Assembly (NCBI GenBank): GCA_963809895.1 | Contig: CAWELD010000010.1 | Span: 64,001-128,000 of the forward strand | DNA: 64,000 nt | Origin: an uncultured Gemmatimonadales bacterium | GTDB taxonomy: Bacteria; Gemmatimonadota; Gemmatimonadetes; Longimicrobiales; Gaopeijiaceae | Direction: 5' to 3' | Part shown: positions 9,676 to 18,532 of the stretch, in pieces | Layout: every line of letters starts with the position of its first letter | Numbering within the stretch: position 1 is the first letter of the stretch | Translations under genes and position numbers: made by a program | The notes under the pieces: generated by a model | Told to the model about the DNA's origin: nothing | The model's input: only the letters and a program-made list of their open reading frames with translations | The model's database searches: none

Positions 9676-10620
9676 ATGTCCTCTCCGGCTTCCCGGTTCG
9701 CAGCGCTGACCCTGGCGCTGACCGTCCTCGTCGCTAGCGCTCCCGTCGCCGCCCAGGAGACCGCGAATCTCGACTCCCTCCGCGCCGAGGCCGTGCAGCT
9801 TCTGCAGCAGCAGGAGTGGGGTGCGGCGGCGGCGCGCTTCCGCCGCGTGGTGCAGGCCGACTCCACGTCGGGCATCGACTGGTTCCGACTCGGCTATGCG
9901 CTCCACCAGGGCGGGAACGATGCCGATTTCCCCGAGGCCATCCGGGCCATGGAGAAGGCGGCCGTCATGGGGGCGCAGGTCCCGTCGGCCAACTTCCGCC
10001 GGGCCCGCATGCTGGCGGCCACGGGCCATGAAGGCCAGGCCGTGGCGGTGCTGGACACCATGGTCCAGGGCGGTTTCGCGCAGGCCGGCGTCATCGAGGC
10101 CCAGCCCGAGTTCGAGGCCCTCGCCGCGCGAGACGACTTCGAGGCGGTGCTTGCGGGCGCCAGGAAGAACGAGGCGCCCTGCATGCAATCCCCCGAGGCT
10201 CGCCAGTTCGACTTCTGGGTGGGGGACTGGGACGTGTACGCGCCCGCTGGCCCCCAGGTGGGCAGCAATCACGTGGAGCGCATCCTGCGCGGCTGCGCAC
10301 TCCTGGAGAACTGGTCCAACGTCGGGGGGCGCGAAGGAAAGAGCCTGAACCTCTACGATCCCACTGCGGGCACCTGGAAGCAGTTCTGGACCGACGACTC
10401 CGGCTGGATCGTCTACTACGAGGGTGGTCATTTCGCCGACGATGCCATGCACCTGAAGGGCATCACCTACGGCCCCGACGGGGACACGATCCAGATCCGC
10501 ATGGACATGATCCACGAAAGCCCGGACACGGTACGTCAGATCATCGAGACGTCGCCGAAGGGCGAGACGTGGACGCGCACTTTCGAGGGGATCTACGTGC
10601 GCAAGGGGAGCGGGTCGTGA
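9676..10620 (+). CDS. Secreted TPR + DUF1579-like domain protein
   Basis: Signal peptide, TPR helices, QFDFWVGDW, GKSLNLYD, WKQFWTD. Confidence 0.8.
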   Translation: MSSPASRFAALTLALTVLVASAPVAAQETANLDSLRAEAVQLLQQQEWGAAAARFRRVVQADSTSGIDWFRLGYALHQGGNDADFPEAIRAMEKAAVMGAQVPSANFRRARMLAATGHEGQAVAVLDTMVQGGFAQAGVIEAQPEFEALAARDDFEAVLAGARKNEAPCMQSPEARQFDFWVGDWDVYAPAGPQVGSNHVERILRGCALLENWSNVGGREGKSLNLYDPTAGTWKQFWTDDSGWIVYYEGGHFADDAMHLKGITYGPDGDTIQIRMDMIHESPDTVRQIIETSPKGETWTRTFEGIYVRKGSGS

Positions 10621-10626
10621 GAGGCA

Positions 10627-11565
10627 TTATCGCAGAATGAGGCGTCGCACCACGGTGGGATGCAACGTCATCCCGTCGTCCTCGACGAAGGCGCCATCGT
10701 CGCCCCGGCCCACGTCGTTGAAGTAGAGCACGGATCCGTCGGGGCTCAACGCGACATCGTTGGTCAGAGACAGCGTCGCCTGGAGCGCCGGTCCATCGTC
10801 GAGCCCTCGCTCTCCGGTTCCGGCCAGGGTGAGCGTGTCACCGTCCAGGGTGACCTGATAGATGCGGTTGGCGCTGCGCGCGACGACGTAGAGCACGCCG
10901 TTGCCGAACAGGATGTGGCCGTTGTTGTCACCGGGAAGGGTGACGAAGGGCTGGACGGTTCCGTCGGGGGTGATGCGCACCACGTCGCCGTTGCCGAAGT
11001 TGGCGACGTAGAAGTTGCGGTCGGACGCGCGGACGATGCCGTTGGGACATTGAAGCAGGCTGTCCGCGGCGAAGTCACTGACTACGCCCTCCGGAGAGAT
11101 GCGGCTCACCACGTTGGTATTGCAGTTCACCACGTAGGCCGTGTCGCCCTCGACGACCTCGATACCCACCGGAGCCTTCAGGCCTGACGCGTACGGCTCC
11201 ACGGTGCCGTCGGGCAGGATTCTGCGCACCTCACCGGTGCCGATGTTGGACTGCAGCAGGCGACCCTCGGAATCGAAGTCGTTTCCCGAGGCTCCGGCGA
11301 GTCCCTGAGCGAAGACGCTCGTCTCGCCCGACGGCGTGATGCGCCAGACCGCCGTGCCCGGCGGACCCTGCAGGGTCTCGCCGAAGTCGGCCGTGTAGAC
11401 GTTGCCTGCCGCGTCCACGTCCATCCCTCCCGAACCGGCGTCGATGGGACCCGCCAGTGTCTCCACCCGGGGGATGGGCAGGCCCGCGTGGGCCCCCTCG
11501 TCGGTGTCCCCACAACCTGCGGTAAGCGCGGCGGCCAGCAGCATGCAGAACGCAAGAGGCTTCAT
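10627..11565 (-). CDS. NHL/SMP-30-like beta-propeller lipoprotein
   Basis: Lipobox TAGC; repeated RITPxG / PxGI blades. Confidence 0.8.
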   Translation of the reverse strand: MKPLAFCMLLAAALTAGCGDTDEGAHAGLPIPRVETLAGPIDAGSGGMDVDAAGNVYTADFGETLQGPPGTAVWRITPSGETSVFAQGLAGASGNDFDSEGRLLQSNIGTGEVRRILPDGTVEPYASGLKAPVGIEVVEGDTAYVVNCNTNVVSRISPEGVVSDFAADSLLQCPNGIVRASDRNFYVANFGNGDVVRITPDGTVQPFVTLPGDNNGHILFGNGVLYVVARSANRIYQVTLDGDTLTLAGTGERGLDDGPALQATLSLTNDVALSPDGSVLYFNDVGRGDDGAFVEDDGMTLHPTVVRRLILR

Positions 11566-11768
11566 CGGACGACGCTCCCTGGTGATCGCGGTGTCGTATT
11601 CCTGTCCCGGAACACGCTCATCTCGTCATCGCCGCGGCCCGACCCGTCAATTGCGTGTCCAGGTGGACCGCCCTTCCAACCCTCGACTCCAACCTCATGT
11701 CCAACACCTCGGACAGCAACCCTACAATGTGTGTATTGTGCCTGGCCAACCGCAACCGAGGTGTTCCG

Positions 11769-13079
11769 ATGAAGTGGAATCGATGGACCATGTTCGCCCT
11801 GTTCGTCGTCATGTTCCTGCCGGTCGGAGCGGCCTGCCAGGACGATGTGGACCCGCTGCAGGATTGGTTTGGTGCGTTTCGCACGGTGGACGGTGGTGTC
11901 CTGACCCTCCTGAAGCTCGGTCGGGGTCACGACGCCGGCATCCTCTTCACGGACTTCGCGCGCGGGTACCGTGGGATCGTGGACCGCTCCGGGGATCGGC
12001 GCCTGACCCTGCGTCTGGAATCACCCTCGCCGTTCGAGAAGGAGGTCGTGCTTTCACTCCGGCTCGACGGGAGCGATCCGACCCTGGACCTCTCGGTCGA
12101 CGGAGAACCCCGGTCGAGCGCTCGGAAGGTGCCACTGGACGTCACGGACGTACGGTTCGAACAGGCGGATCACGAGCTGGCTGGAACCGTGGTGAGCCCG
12201 ACGGGAGGGAGCGGTCGACCCGGCGTGGTCTTCATTCACGGGAGCGGCCCCGCGACGCGTCACGACTACTACGAATGGTCGTATTTCTTCGCGGCCCACG
12301 GGATCGCGAGCCTCATGTACGACAAGCAGGGGGCCGGTGAGTCGACGGGTGACTGGGAGAACGCCCTCTTCGCGGAGCTCGCGGCGGACGCGGCGGCGGC
12401 GGTCCGCTTTCTCAGGACGTTTCCGGGGGTCGATCCCGGCAAGGTGGGTCTTTCGGGGGGGAGCCAGGGAGGGTGGGTGGCCCCCATGGCCGCTCGGGTG
12501 CCCGAGGAACCGATCGCATTCCTCGAGGTCACGGGCGGAGGCCCGGTGACCCCGCGCGAGCAGGAGCGGTTCCGACGGCTGGCGCTCGTCCGGGCGCGCG
12601 ACCTTCCCGCCACCACCCTCGAAACGGCCGGCACGGTGCTCGACTGCTACCTGGACTTCGTCGGCTCGCTCGGCGTGGAGTGCGCGGGCGACCTGCGACG
12701 CTACGTGCTCGAGTACGGGGAGGAGGATTGGTACCTCGAGGACGTCGGAGGACCCCGCAGGGATCCTCTCGCCTACCCCTGGCCGACGGGCCGGAAGCGC
12801 TTCGCGCGCGAGCTCGACTTCGATCCCCGCCCTCTCTACGAGTCGCTCGCGATTCCGGTCCTCGTGGTCCTGGGCCGGGCGGAACAGACATTCCCCATCG
12901 ACCTGACCCTGGAGCGGGTCCAACGCCTGGTGCCCGGCGAACTCCTGTCGGTTGAGCTCATCGACGACGCCGACCACGGGCTGTTCGTCGACGCGTCGTC
13001 GGCGTCCCCGCGACACCAATCCGCGGTGGCCATGAGCCGCCTCGCCGACTGGATTCTCACGGTCACCGGGAGTCGGTAG
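11769..13079 (+). CDS. Secreted alpha/beta hydrolase
   Basis: RBS GAGGTG; IHGSGP, YDKQGAGES, GGSQGG nucleophile elbow, ADH. Confidence 0.85.
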   Translation: MKWNRWTMFALFVVMFLPVGAACQDDVDPLQDWFGAFRTVDGGVLTLLKLGRGHDAGILFTDFARGYRGIVDRSGDRRLTLRLESPSPFEKEVVLSLRLDGSDPTLDLSVDGEPRSSARKVPLDVTDVRFEQADHELAGTVVSPTGGSGRPGVVFIHGSGPATRHDYYEWSYFFAAHGIASLMYDKQGAGESTGDWENALFAELAADAAAAVRFLRTFPGVDPGKVGLSGGSQGGWVAPMAARVPEEPIAFLEVTGGGPVTPREQERFRRLALVRARDLPATTLETAGTVLDCYLDFVGSLGVECAGDLRRYVLEYGEEDWYLEDVGGPRRDPLAYPWPTGRKRFARELDFDPRPLYESLAIPVLVVLGRAEQTFPIDLTLERVQRLVPGELLSVELIDDADHGLFVDASSASPRHQSAVAMSRLADWILTVTGSR

Positions 13080-13134
13080 GGGTGGAGGGGACGACCGGCG
13101 CACCGGCGCACGCTGCGCCCCGGGCTGGATCACC

Positions 13135-14187
13135 TCACTCGGGAATCCACGCCAGGTCGAAGCCGGGTCCTGCCAGGCCGAGCGCGTGCGGGGTGCCGCC
13201 GTCCAACGCCCTGACCCAGAGGTCCCCGTCCTTGGCGACCACCATGTAACTTCCGTCCGGTGACAGCGCCACGTCCCCCGCACCCGTGAGCAACAACTCG
13301 GTCTCGGAGCCGTCGGAGCGCATGCGATAGAGGCCGTCGAACGCCGCCCCTGACCCCGGGTGCGTACGGAAGAAGATCGTGTCGTCGCCGAGCCACTGAG
13401 GCTCGTACAGGCCCGACAGCCCGTCGATGGAAGGAATGATCTCCTGGAGATTGCTTCCGTCGGCGTCCACGAGGTAGAGCCTCCCTGGTGCGGTAGGGGT
13501 GTCCCGGCCCGAGAAGAGGAGCGCGGCGCCGTCGGCGGTCCAGGCCGGCCTGCCTGCCAGGATGAGGTCGTCCACTAGCGTCGGGTTCCCTCCGTCGGCG
13601 TCCATGATCACGAGCTTCGCGTCCTCGTTGCTGAAGGCGATGCGGTCTCCCCGTGGCGACCAGGAGGGGAAGCGTTCAGCGGCGTCGTCTGCGGGGGTGA
13701 GCGGCGTGACCACGCCTTCCTGCGAGAGTGCGGCGATGTAGGGAACGCCCGGCGAGAAGTCGGCGAAGGCCAGGCGGTCGCCGGTGGGGCTCCAGCTGAC
13801 TTCCTCACCCTTGAAGGCATCCAGGGCGGCCGTCAGGTCGGCCTGATCCGCCCCGTCCGGATCCATGGTGACGATGTGGGTACGGAAGGGCTCATCGTCG
13901 ATGCCAACCGCCGCGAGGCGCCCGTGGTCGGGACGGAATTCGAGCTCGGTCACGAGCCGGTAGTCCTCGCCGAAAAGGCGCTCCTCACCTGTCCCGTCCG
14001 GATGTATCCGATACAGGTCGACGCGGGGCGTACCATCGACGACGCGTTCGGAGAGATAGTAGATCCAGCCGCCGGGAGGCCCTTCGGGCTCCGGCTCGGT
14101 GGGGGAGTCCCCGCCGCAGGCCAGGGTCAGGGCCGACAGCAGGGCTGCCGTGATCGCCGTCCGAAGTCGCTCGCCGCGCAGCTCCAT
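13135..14187 (-). CDS. TolB-like (PD40) beta-propeller lipoprotein
   Basis: Lipobox TLAC; WSPxG repeats. Confidence 0.85.
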   Translation of the reverse strand: MELRGERLRTAITAALLSALTLACGGDSPTEPEPEGPPGGWIYYLSERVVDGTPRVDLYRIHPDGTGEERLFGEDYRLVTELEFRPDHGRLAAVGIDDEPFRTHIVTMDPDGADQADLTAALDAFKGEEVSWSPTGDRLAFADFSPGVPYIAALSQEGVVTPLTPADDAAERFPSWSPRGDRIAFSNEDAKLVIMDADGGNPTLVDDLILAGRPAWTADGAALLFSGRDTPTAPGRLYLVDADGSNLQEIIPSIDGLSGLYEPQWLGDDTIFFRTHPGSGAAFDGLYRMRSDGSETELLLTGAGDVALSPDGSYMVVAKDGDLWVRALDGGTPHALGLAGPGFDLAWIPE

Positions 14188-14280
14188 CCCGCATCCTCCT
14201 CCCGTCGCGATCCGTGGTCACGCCTCGTCGAGCGTGCGTTCAAGAACTGAGACGACTGGAGGTGGGGATTTCTGCCCGCC

Positions 14281-16764
14281 CTACTCCGTGCGCAGCACCC
14301 GCTGTGGCTCCACCCGCGCCGAGGCCAGCGCCGGCAGCAGCGAGGCGGCCAGCGCGCTCAGCAGCAGGAGCACCGCCACGCCGGCGAAGGTCGTGGGATC
14401 GCGGGCGGGCACTTCGAAGAGCAGGTCCTGGACGCTCGCCCCGGTGAGCCAGGCCAGCGTCAGCCCCAGCGCAACGCCCAGCGCCGCCACCCCCACACCC
14501 TTCCGGAGCACCAGCGTCACCAGGTCCCAGCCGCGGGCACCCACGGCCATGCGGATGCCGAACTCGCGCGTGCGCTGTGAGACGTCGTAGGCCACCACGC
14601 TGAACATGCCCAGCGTGGCGAGCAGAAGCGCCAGCGAGCCGAAGATCCCCAGCACGCGGGCTCCCACGGTCCAGGTGCGGGTCTGCAGCGATACCCGGTC
14701 CAGGAGCGCCTGGCTCCGGATCCAGGCCCCGGTGCCTACGGCCTGCTGGAGCTGGGCACGCACCGGCTCGACCATGTCGGCCGCGCGTCCGTCGGTGCGC
14801 AGCATGAGCACGCCGGGCATCCCGTAGTAGAACTGCGTCCACGGCACGTAGAACTGCAGCCCCTCGGCGGCCTCGAAGTCACCCCGGCGGATGTCCTGGG
14901 CGACGCCCACCACCTCGCGGCACGGGAGCGTGTCGGCGCCGACCCTCAGGCACTGGCCCAGCGCGTTCCCGTCGGGCCACGCCGCGCGCGCCAGCGACTC
15001 GCTCACCACCATGACGGGGGCCGCGCCCTCGTCGTCGCTGGGGCGCAGCGCCCGACCCCGGACGATGCGGGTGCCCATGGTCTCGAAGTAGGTGCCCGAC
15101 ACCGCGTGCGTGGCGACGGTGCCCCGGGGGGCCACGGGCTCTCCGTCGGGCCGGAGCACGGCGTCGAAGGAGTTGCGCCAGAAGGGGATGGTCGCGCTGA
15201 GTGCCACGGAGCGCACGCCGGGGATCCCCTGGGCCGCGGTCACGAGCGTCTCCATGGTGCGCTGCCTGTCCTCGGTGGTGGAGGAGATCCCGCCTGCCTC
15301 CGCCAGCGGGCTCCGGGCTTCGGGGCTCACCAGGACGATGCGGTCGGGCTGGTAGCCCAGGTCCAGCGCCGATACCCGCGCCACGCTTCTGAGGAACAGG
15401 CCGGCCCCCACCAGCAGCACGGTGGACAGCGTCGCCTGGGCCACGAGCAGGCCGGTCTGGGCCGGGGTGCGTGCCGCTCCCCCCTGCGCGCCGCCGCCGC
15501 GGAGTGCCGACTGGAGATCCCCCCTGTGCCGCTGCAGCGCGGGGGCCAGCGCCGCCAGCAGGCCGGCCAGCGTCATCACCACCAACCCCACGAGCAGCGA
15601 GCGCCCGTTCAGGCCGGCGAGCTCCGCCGACTCGGGGGGCAGGAGCAGCCGCGCCATCACGCGCACCGCCCCGTACGCCATGGGGAGCGCCACCGCCCCG
15701 GCGGCCACCGCCAGCACGGCGCTCTCCATGAGTACGCCCCCCACCAGCCGGCCACGGCCGATCCCCAGCGCGCGGCGCACGGCGTTCTCGCGACGCCTGC
15801 GCAGGGCCCGACCCAGCATGAGGGTGGAGACGTTGGCGCAGGCGACCAGGAGCACGATCCAGCTCATGGCGAAGAGCCAGAGCGAGATACGCGCTGCGTC
15901 GCTCCGGTACGGGCCCCGGTCGCGGAGCACCGGCGTCAGCAGCACCTGCGGGTCCATGGTGGCCACCGCGTCGGCGTCGCGGGCGGCCGTGAAGTGCCGT
16001 CGGTAGGCCCGCTCCAGGTCCGAGGCGAGCTGCGCCTCGCTGGCGCCCTCGCGGCTCCGGGCCACGAGCTCGATCCAGGTGGTGAAGGGACGGGACGCGA
16101 AGGTGGCGCTGGCGATGTCGGCGCCTGCCGCGGTGATGGGCACCCACGCCACCGGATTGCGGCCGTCCACGCCGTGGAAGTCTTCGGGCGCGACGCCCAC
16201 GATGGTGTAGGTGCGCGTGCCGATACGGATGTCGCGGCCCAGGGCCGCGCGGTCGCCCCCATAGGCGGATTGCCAGTAGCCGTGAGACAGCACGGCCACC
16301 GGCTCGCCGGAGGGGAGTTGGTCCTCGTCGGCACCGAAGAAGCGGCCCAGTGCCGGGCTCATGTCGAAGAGCGACCAGTAGCTGGCGCTGACCGCGTCCA
16401 CCGCCGTGGGCTTCGCGTCGTCGTCGGGTGCCACGAAGAGGGTGGTGGCGGAGATCCCGGCCACCGCGGCCGCCGAGGGCGTGTGCGCTGCCAGGTCCTG
16501 GAGGGCCGGATAGCTGAAGGATCCGTCCTGCACCCGGCGGTCGCGCAGGGCCCGGTCGATGTAGACCCGGTGGGCCGACCCGGGGTCGGCGAGGTGGGCC
16601 GGCGGCCGGATCAGCATGCGGTCCACCAGCTCGAACATGGCCGCGTTGGCGCCGATGCCCAGCCCCAGTGCCAGCACGATGGCCGCCGAGAATCCCGGGC
16701 TCCGTGCCAACGACCGCACGGTTTGCTTGAGCTCCGCCCCCCATCCGTCGATCCAACCACCCAT
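14281..16764 (-). CDS. Duplicated MacB-like ABC permease without N-terminal prefix and without adjacent padR
   Basis: Starts MGGWIDGWGAELKQTVRSLARSPGF; LALGLGIGANAAMF; REFGIRMAVGA. Confidence 0.92.
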   Translation of the reverse strand: MGGWIDGWGAELKQTVRSLARSPGFSAAIVLALGLGIGANAAMFELVDRMLIRPPAHLADPGSAHRVYIDRALRDRRVQDGSFSYPALQDLAAHTPSAAAVAGISATTLFVAPDDDAKPTAVDAVSASYWSLFDMSPALGRFFGADEDQLPSGEPVAVLSHGYWQSAYGGDRAALGRDIRIGTRTYTIVGVAPEDFHGVDGRNPVAWVPITAAGADIASATFASRPFTTWIELVARSREGASEAQLASDLERAYRRHFTAARDADAVATMDPQVLLTPVLRDRGPYRSDAARISLWLFAMSWIVLLVACANVSTLMLGRALRRRRENAVRRALGIGRGRLVGGVLMESAVLAVAAGAVALPMAYGAVRVMARLLLPPESAELAGLNGRSLLVGLVVMTLAGLLAALAPALQRHRGDLQSALRGGGAQGGAARTPAQTGLLVAQATLSTVLLVGAGLFLRSVARVSALDLGYQPDRIVLVSPEARSPLAEAGGISSTTEDRQRTMETLVTAAQGIPGVRSVALSATIPFWRNSFDAVLRPDGEPVAPRGTVATHAVSGTYFETMGTRIVRGRALRPSDDEGAAPVMVVSESLARAAWPDGNALGQCLRVGADTLPCREVVGVAQDIRRGDFEAAEGLQFYVPWTQFYYGMPGVLMLRTDGRAADMVEPVRAQLQQAVGTGAWIRSQALLDRVSLQTRTWTVGARVLGIFGSLALLLATLGMFSVVAYDVSQRTREFGIRMAVGARGWDLVTLVLRKGVGVAALGVALGLTLAWLTGASVQDLLFEVPARDPTTFAGVAVLLLLSALAASLLPALASARVEPQRVLRTE

Positions 16765-16968
16765 GCCGCCCCCTCGTCCGTTGGAGTACGCCCGGTGGGA
16801 CAGGAGCGCGGGTGGAAGCGTTGCGCGGGGTGCCCCTGCCGGGTCGCCGTCGGTCCGGCACCCGCGCCTGGCATGCCCTCGTCCCGGCCATGCGACCCCA
16901 GCGCGATGGTAGGAATTCAGCGGTTGCGACGTTGATAGGATGGAGCGGACCCACGACGGAGCACGGCG

Positions 16969-17559
16969 GTGGAGCTGGACCGGATCAGAGCGGGTGACGA
17001 AGAGGCGCTGGCGCTTCTCCTCGAGGAGTGCTGGGCTCCCCTCGTCCGCTATCTGTGGGGGATCACGGCGTCCAGCGCGGAAGCCGAGGACGCGGCGCAG
17101 GAGGCCTTCGTCCGACTGTGGGAGCGACGGGAGGAGTGGACCGCCGGCTCGCCGCGCGGCCTGGTCTTCCGTATCGCCCGGAATGTGGCGCTCGATGCCG
17201 AGCGCAGGCGGCGCACCCGGAGTCGGCTGCAACCGGAGGCCGCCGGCGCGACCTCGGCGGGTCCCCCCACGCCCGAGCAGGAGCTCCGGGACGCCCGAGT
17301 GTCGGCTCGCGTCCAGGCGGCGGTGGCGGCGCTGCCCGCGCGCCGCCGGGAGACCTTCGAGCTGGTGCGCTTTCACGGGCTCAGCTACCGCCAGGCCGCC
17401 GAAGCGCTGGAGGTATCCGAACAGACCGTCGCCAACCAGATGAGCCGGGCCATGCGGGAGCTGCGGGCCTCGCTGCAGGACCTGCTGGCCGGGGAGCGCG
17501 GCGCCGCTCCCGACGCCTCGACGAGCGCTTCCACCCACGAGGAGATGGAGCATGGATGA
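16969..17559 (+). CDS. ECF sigma-70 factor (FecI-like)
   Basis: AEDAAQEAFVRLW; LPARRRETFELVRFHGLSY; adjacent to fecR. Confidence 0.92.
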   Translation: MELDRIRAGDEEALALLLEECWAPLVRYLWGITASSAEAEDAAQEAFVRLWERREEWTAGSPRGLVFRIARNVALDAERRRRTRSRLQPEAAGATSAGPPTPEQELRDARVSARVQAAVAALPARRRETFELVRFHGLSYRQAAEALEVSEQTVANQMSRAMRELRASLQDLLAGERGAAPDASTSASTHEEMEHG

Positions 17560-18532
17560 GCACCTGGTGGCCGTGGTGGGGGTGGTGGCTGGCGAGGCCG
17601 ACGAGCTCAGTCGTCACAAAGTGGCGCGCTGGCGGCAGGCCTCGGGCGAGAACGCACGGACGCTCCGGGAGCTGGAGCGGCTGTGGGCGCTCGTGGGCGA
17701 GGTGGAGGCGAGGGCGGTGCCTCGGGCCCCCGAGGCCGCGACGATCCTGGCCGAGGCGCGGGCGCGGCGGCGACGAGCTCAGGGTCGCGCCGCCCGTCGC
17801 GCGCTCGTGCGCGGGCCGTGGGTCCGGTACGGGCTGGCCGTGGCCGTCGTGGCGGCGCTGGTCCTGGGTGTCGTGTGGACCCGTGGCCGCCCGGCGGCCG
17901 GCTCGCCCGGGCTCACGTCGGTGGCGTCGTCCACGGGCACGGGCGAGGTGGTCACCATGACGCTCTCCGACGGCAGCGTGGTGCGGGTGGCGCCGGCGTC
18001 GAGGGTGGAGTTCCCGCCCACCCGGGGCCCGCGCGAGGTGGTGCTCGACGGTAAGGCCTTCTTCGCGGTGGCCCACGCCGAGACCCCGTTCGTCGTGCGC
18101 ACCCGGGCCGGCACGCTGACCGTGACCGGCACCCGCTTCGAAGCCCGCACCGACGGCGACGCCACCCGCGTCGTCACGGTGGAGGGCACGGTACGACTCA
18201 CCAGCCCCGCGGGCGACGCCGACGTGCACGCGGGCCAGGTCGGATTTCTGAACCCCGACGGTCCGCCCCGCGTGGTGGCCCGCGACGACGTGTGGTCTCT
18301 GCTGGACTGGGCGGGGGGGCTCCTGGTCTTCCAGGCCACCCCGCTCGGCGAGGTCGGGAGCGAGATCGAGCGCCACTTCGGCAGACCCGTGCGGGTAGCC
18401 GACAGGGTGGCCCAGCGGCGCGTGACGGCCTGGTTCGAGGACGAGTCTCTCGACGAGGTCCTGTCGTCGGTGTGCGTGGTGGCGGACGTGGCGTGCCGCG
18501 TGGGCGCCGACACGGTCGTGGTGGGACGGTGA
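17552..18532 (+). CDS. FecR-family anti-sigma/transmembrane sensor
   Basis: N-terminal helix, TM segment, LSDGSVV, GKAFFAVAH, VTGTRF. Confidence 0.92.
   Translation: MDEHLVAVVGVVAGEADELSRHKVARWRQASGENARTLRELERLWALVGEVEARAVPRAPEAATILAEARARRRRAQGRAARRALVRGPWVRYGLAVAVVAALVLGVVWTRGRPAAGSPGLTSVASSTGTGEVVTMTLSDGSVVRVAPASRVEFPPTRGPREVVLDGKAFFAVAHAETPFVVRTRAGTLTVTGTRFEARTDGDATRVVTVEGTVRLTSPAGDADVHAGQVGFLNPDGPPRVVARDDVWSLLDWAGGLLVFQATPLGEVGSEIERHFGRPVRVADRVAQRRVTAWFEDESLDEVLSSVCVVADVACRVGADTVVVGR

Noticed and set aside
11670..11725. TCCAAC triplet as an integron att site or iterons
   Set aside because: Short, irregularly spaced, and without attC dyad structure
16765..17553. N-terminal extension of the 1090-aa permease ORF
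   Set aside because: Overlaps the ECF sigma gene on the opposite strand; permease homology begins at ATG 16764
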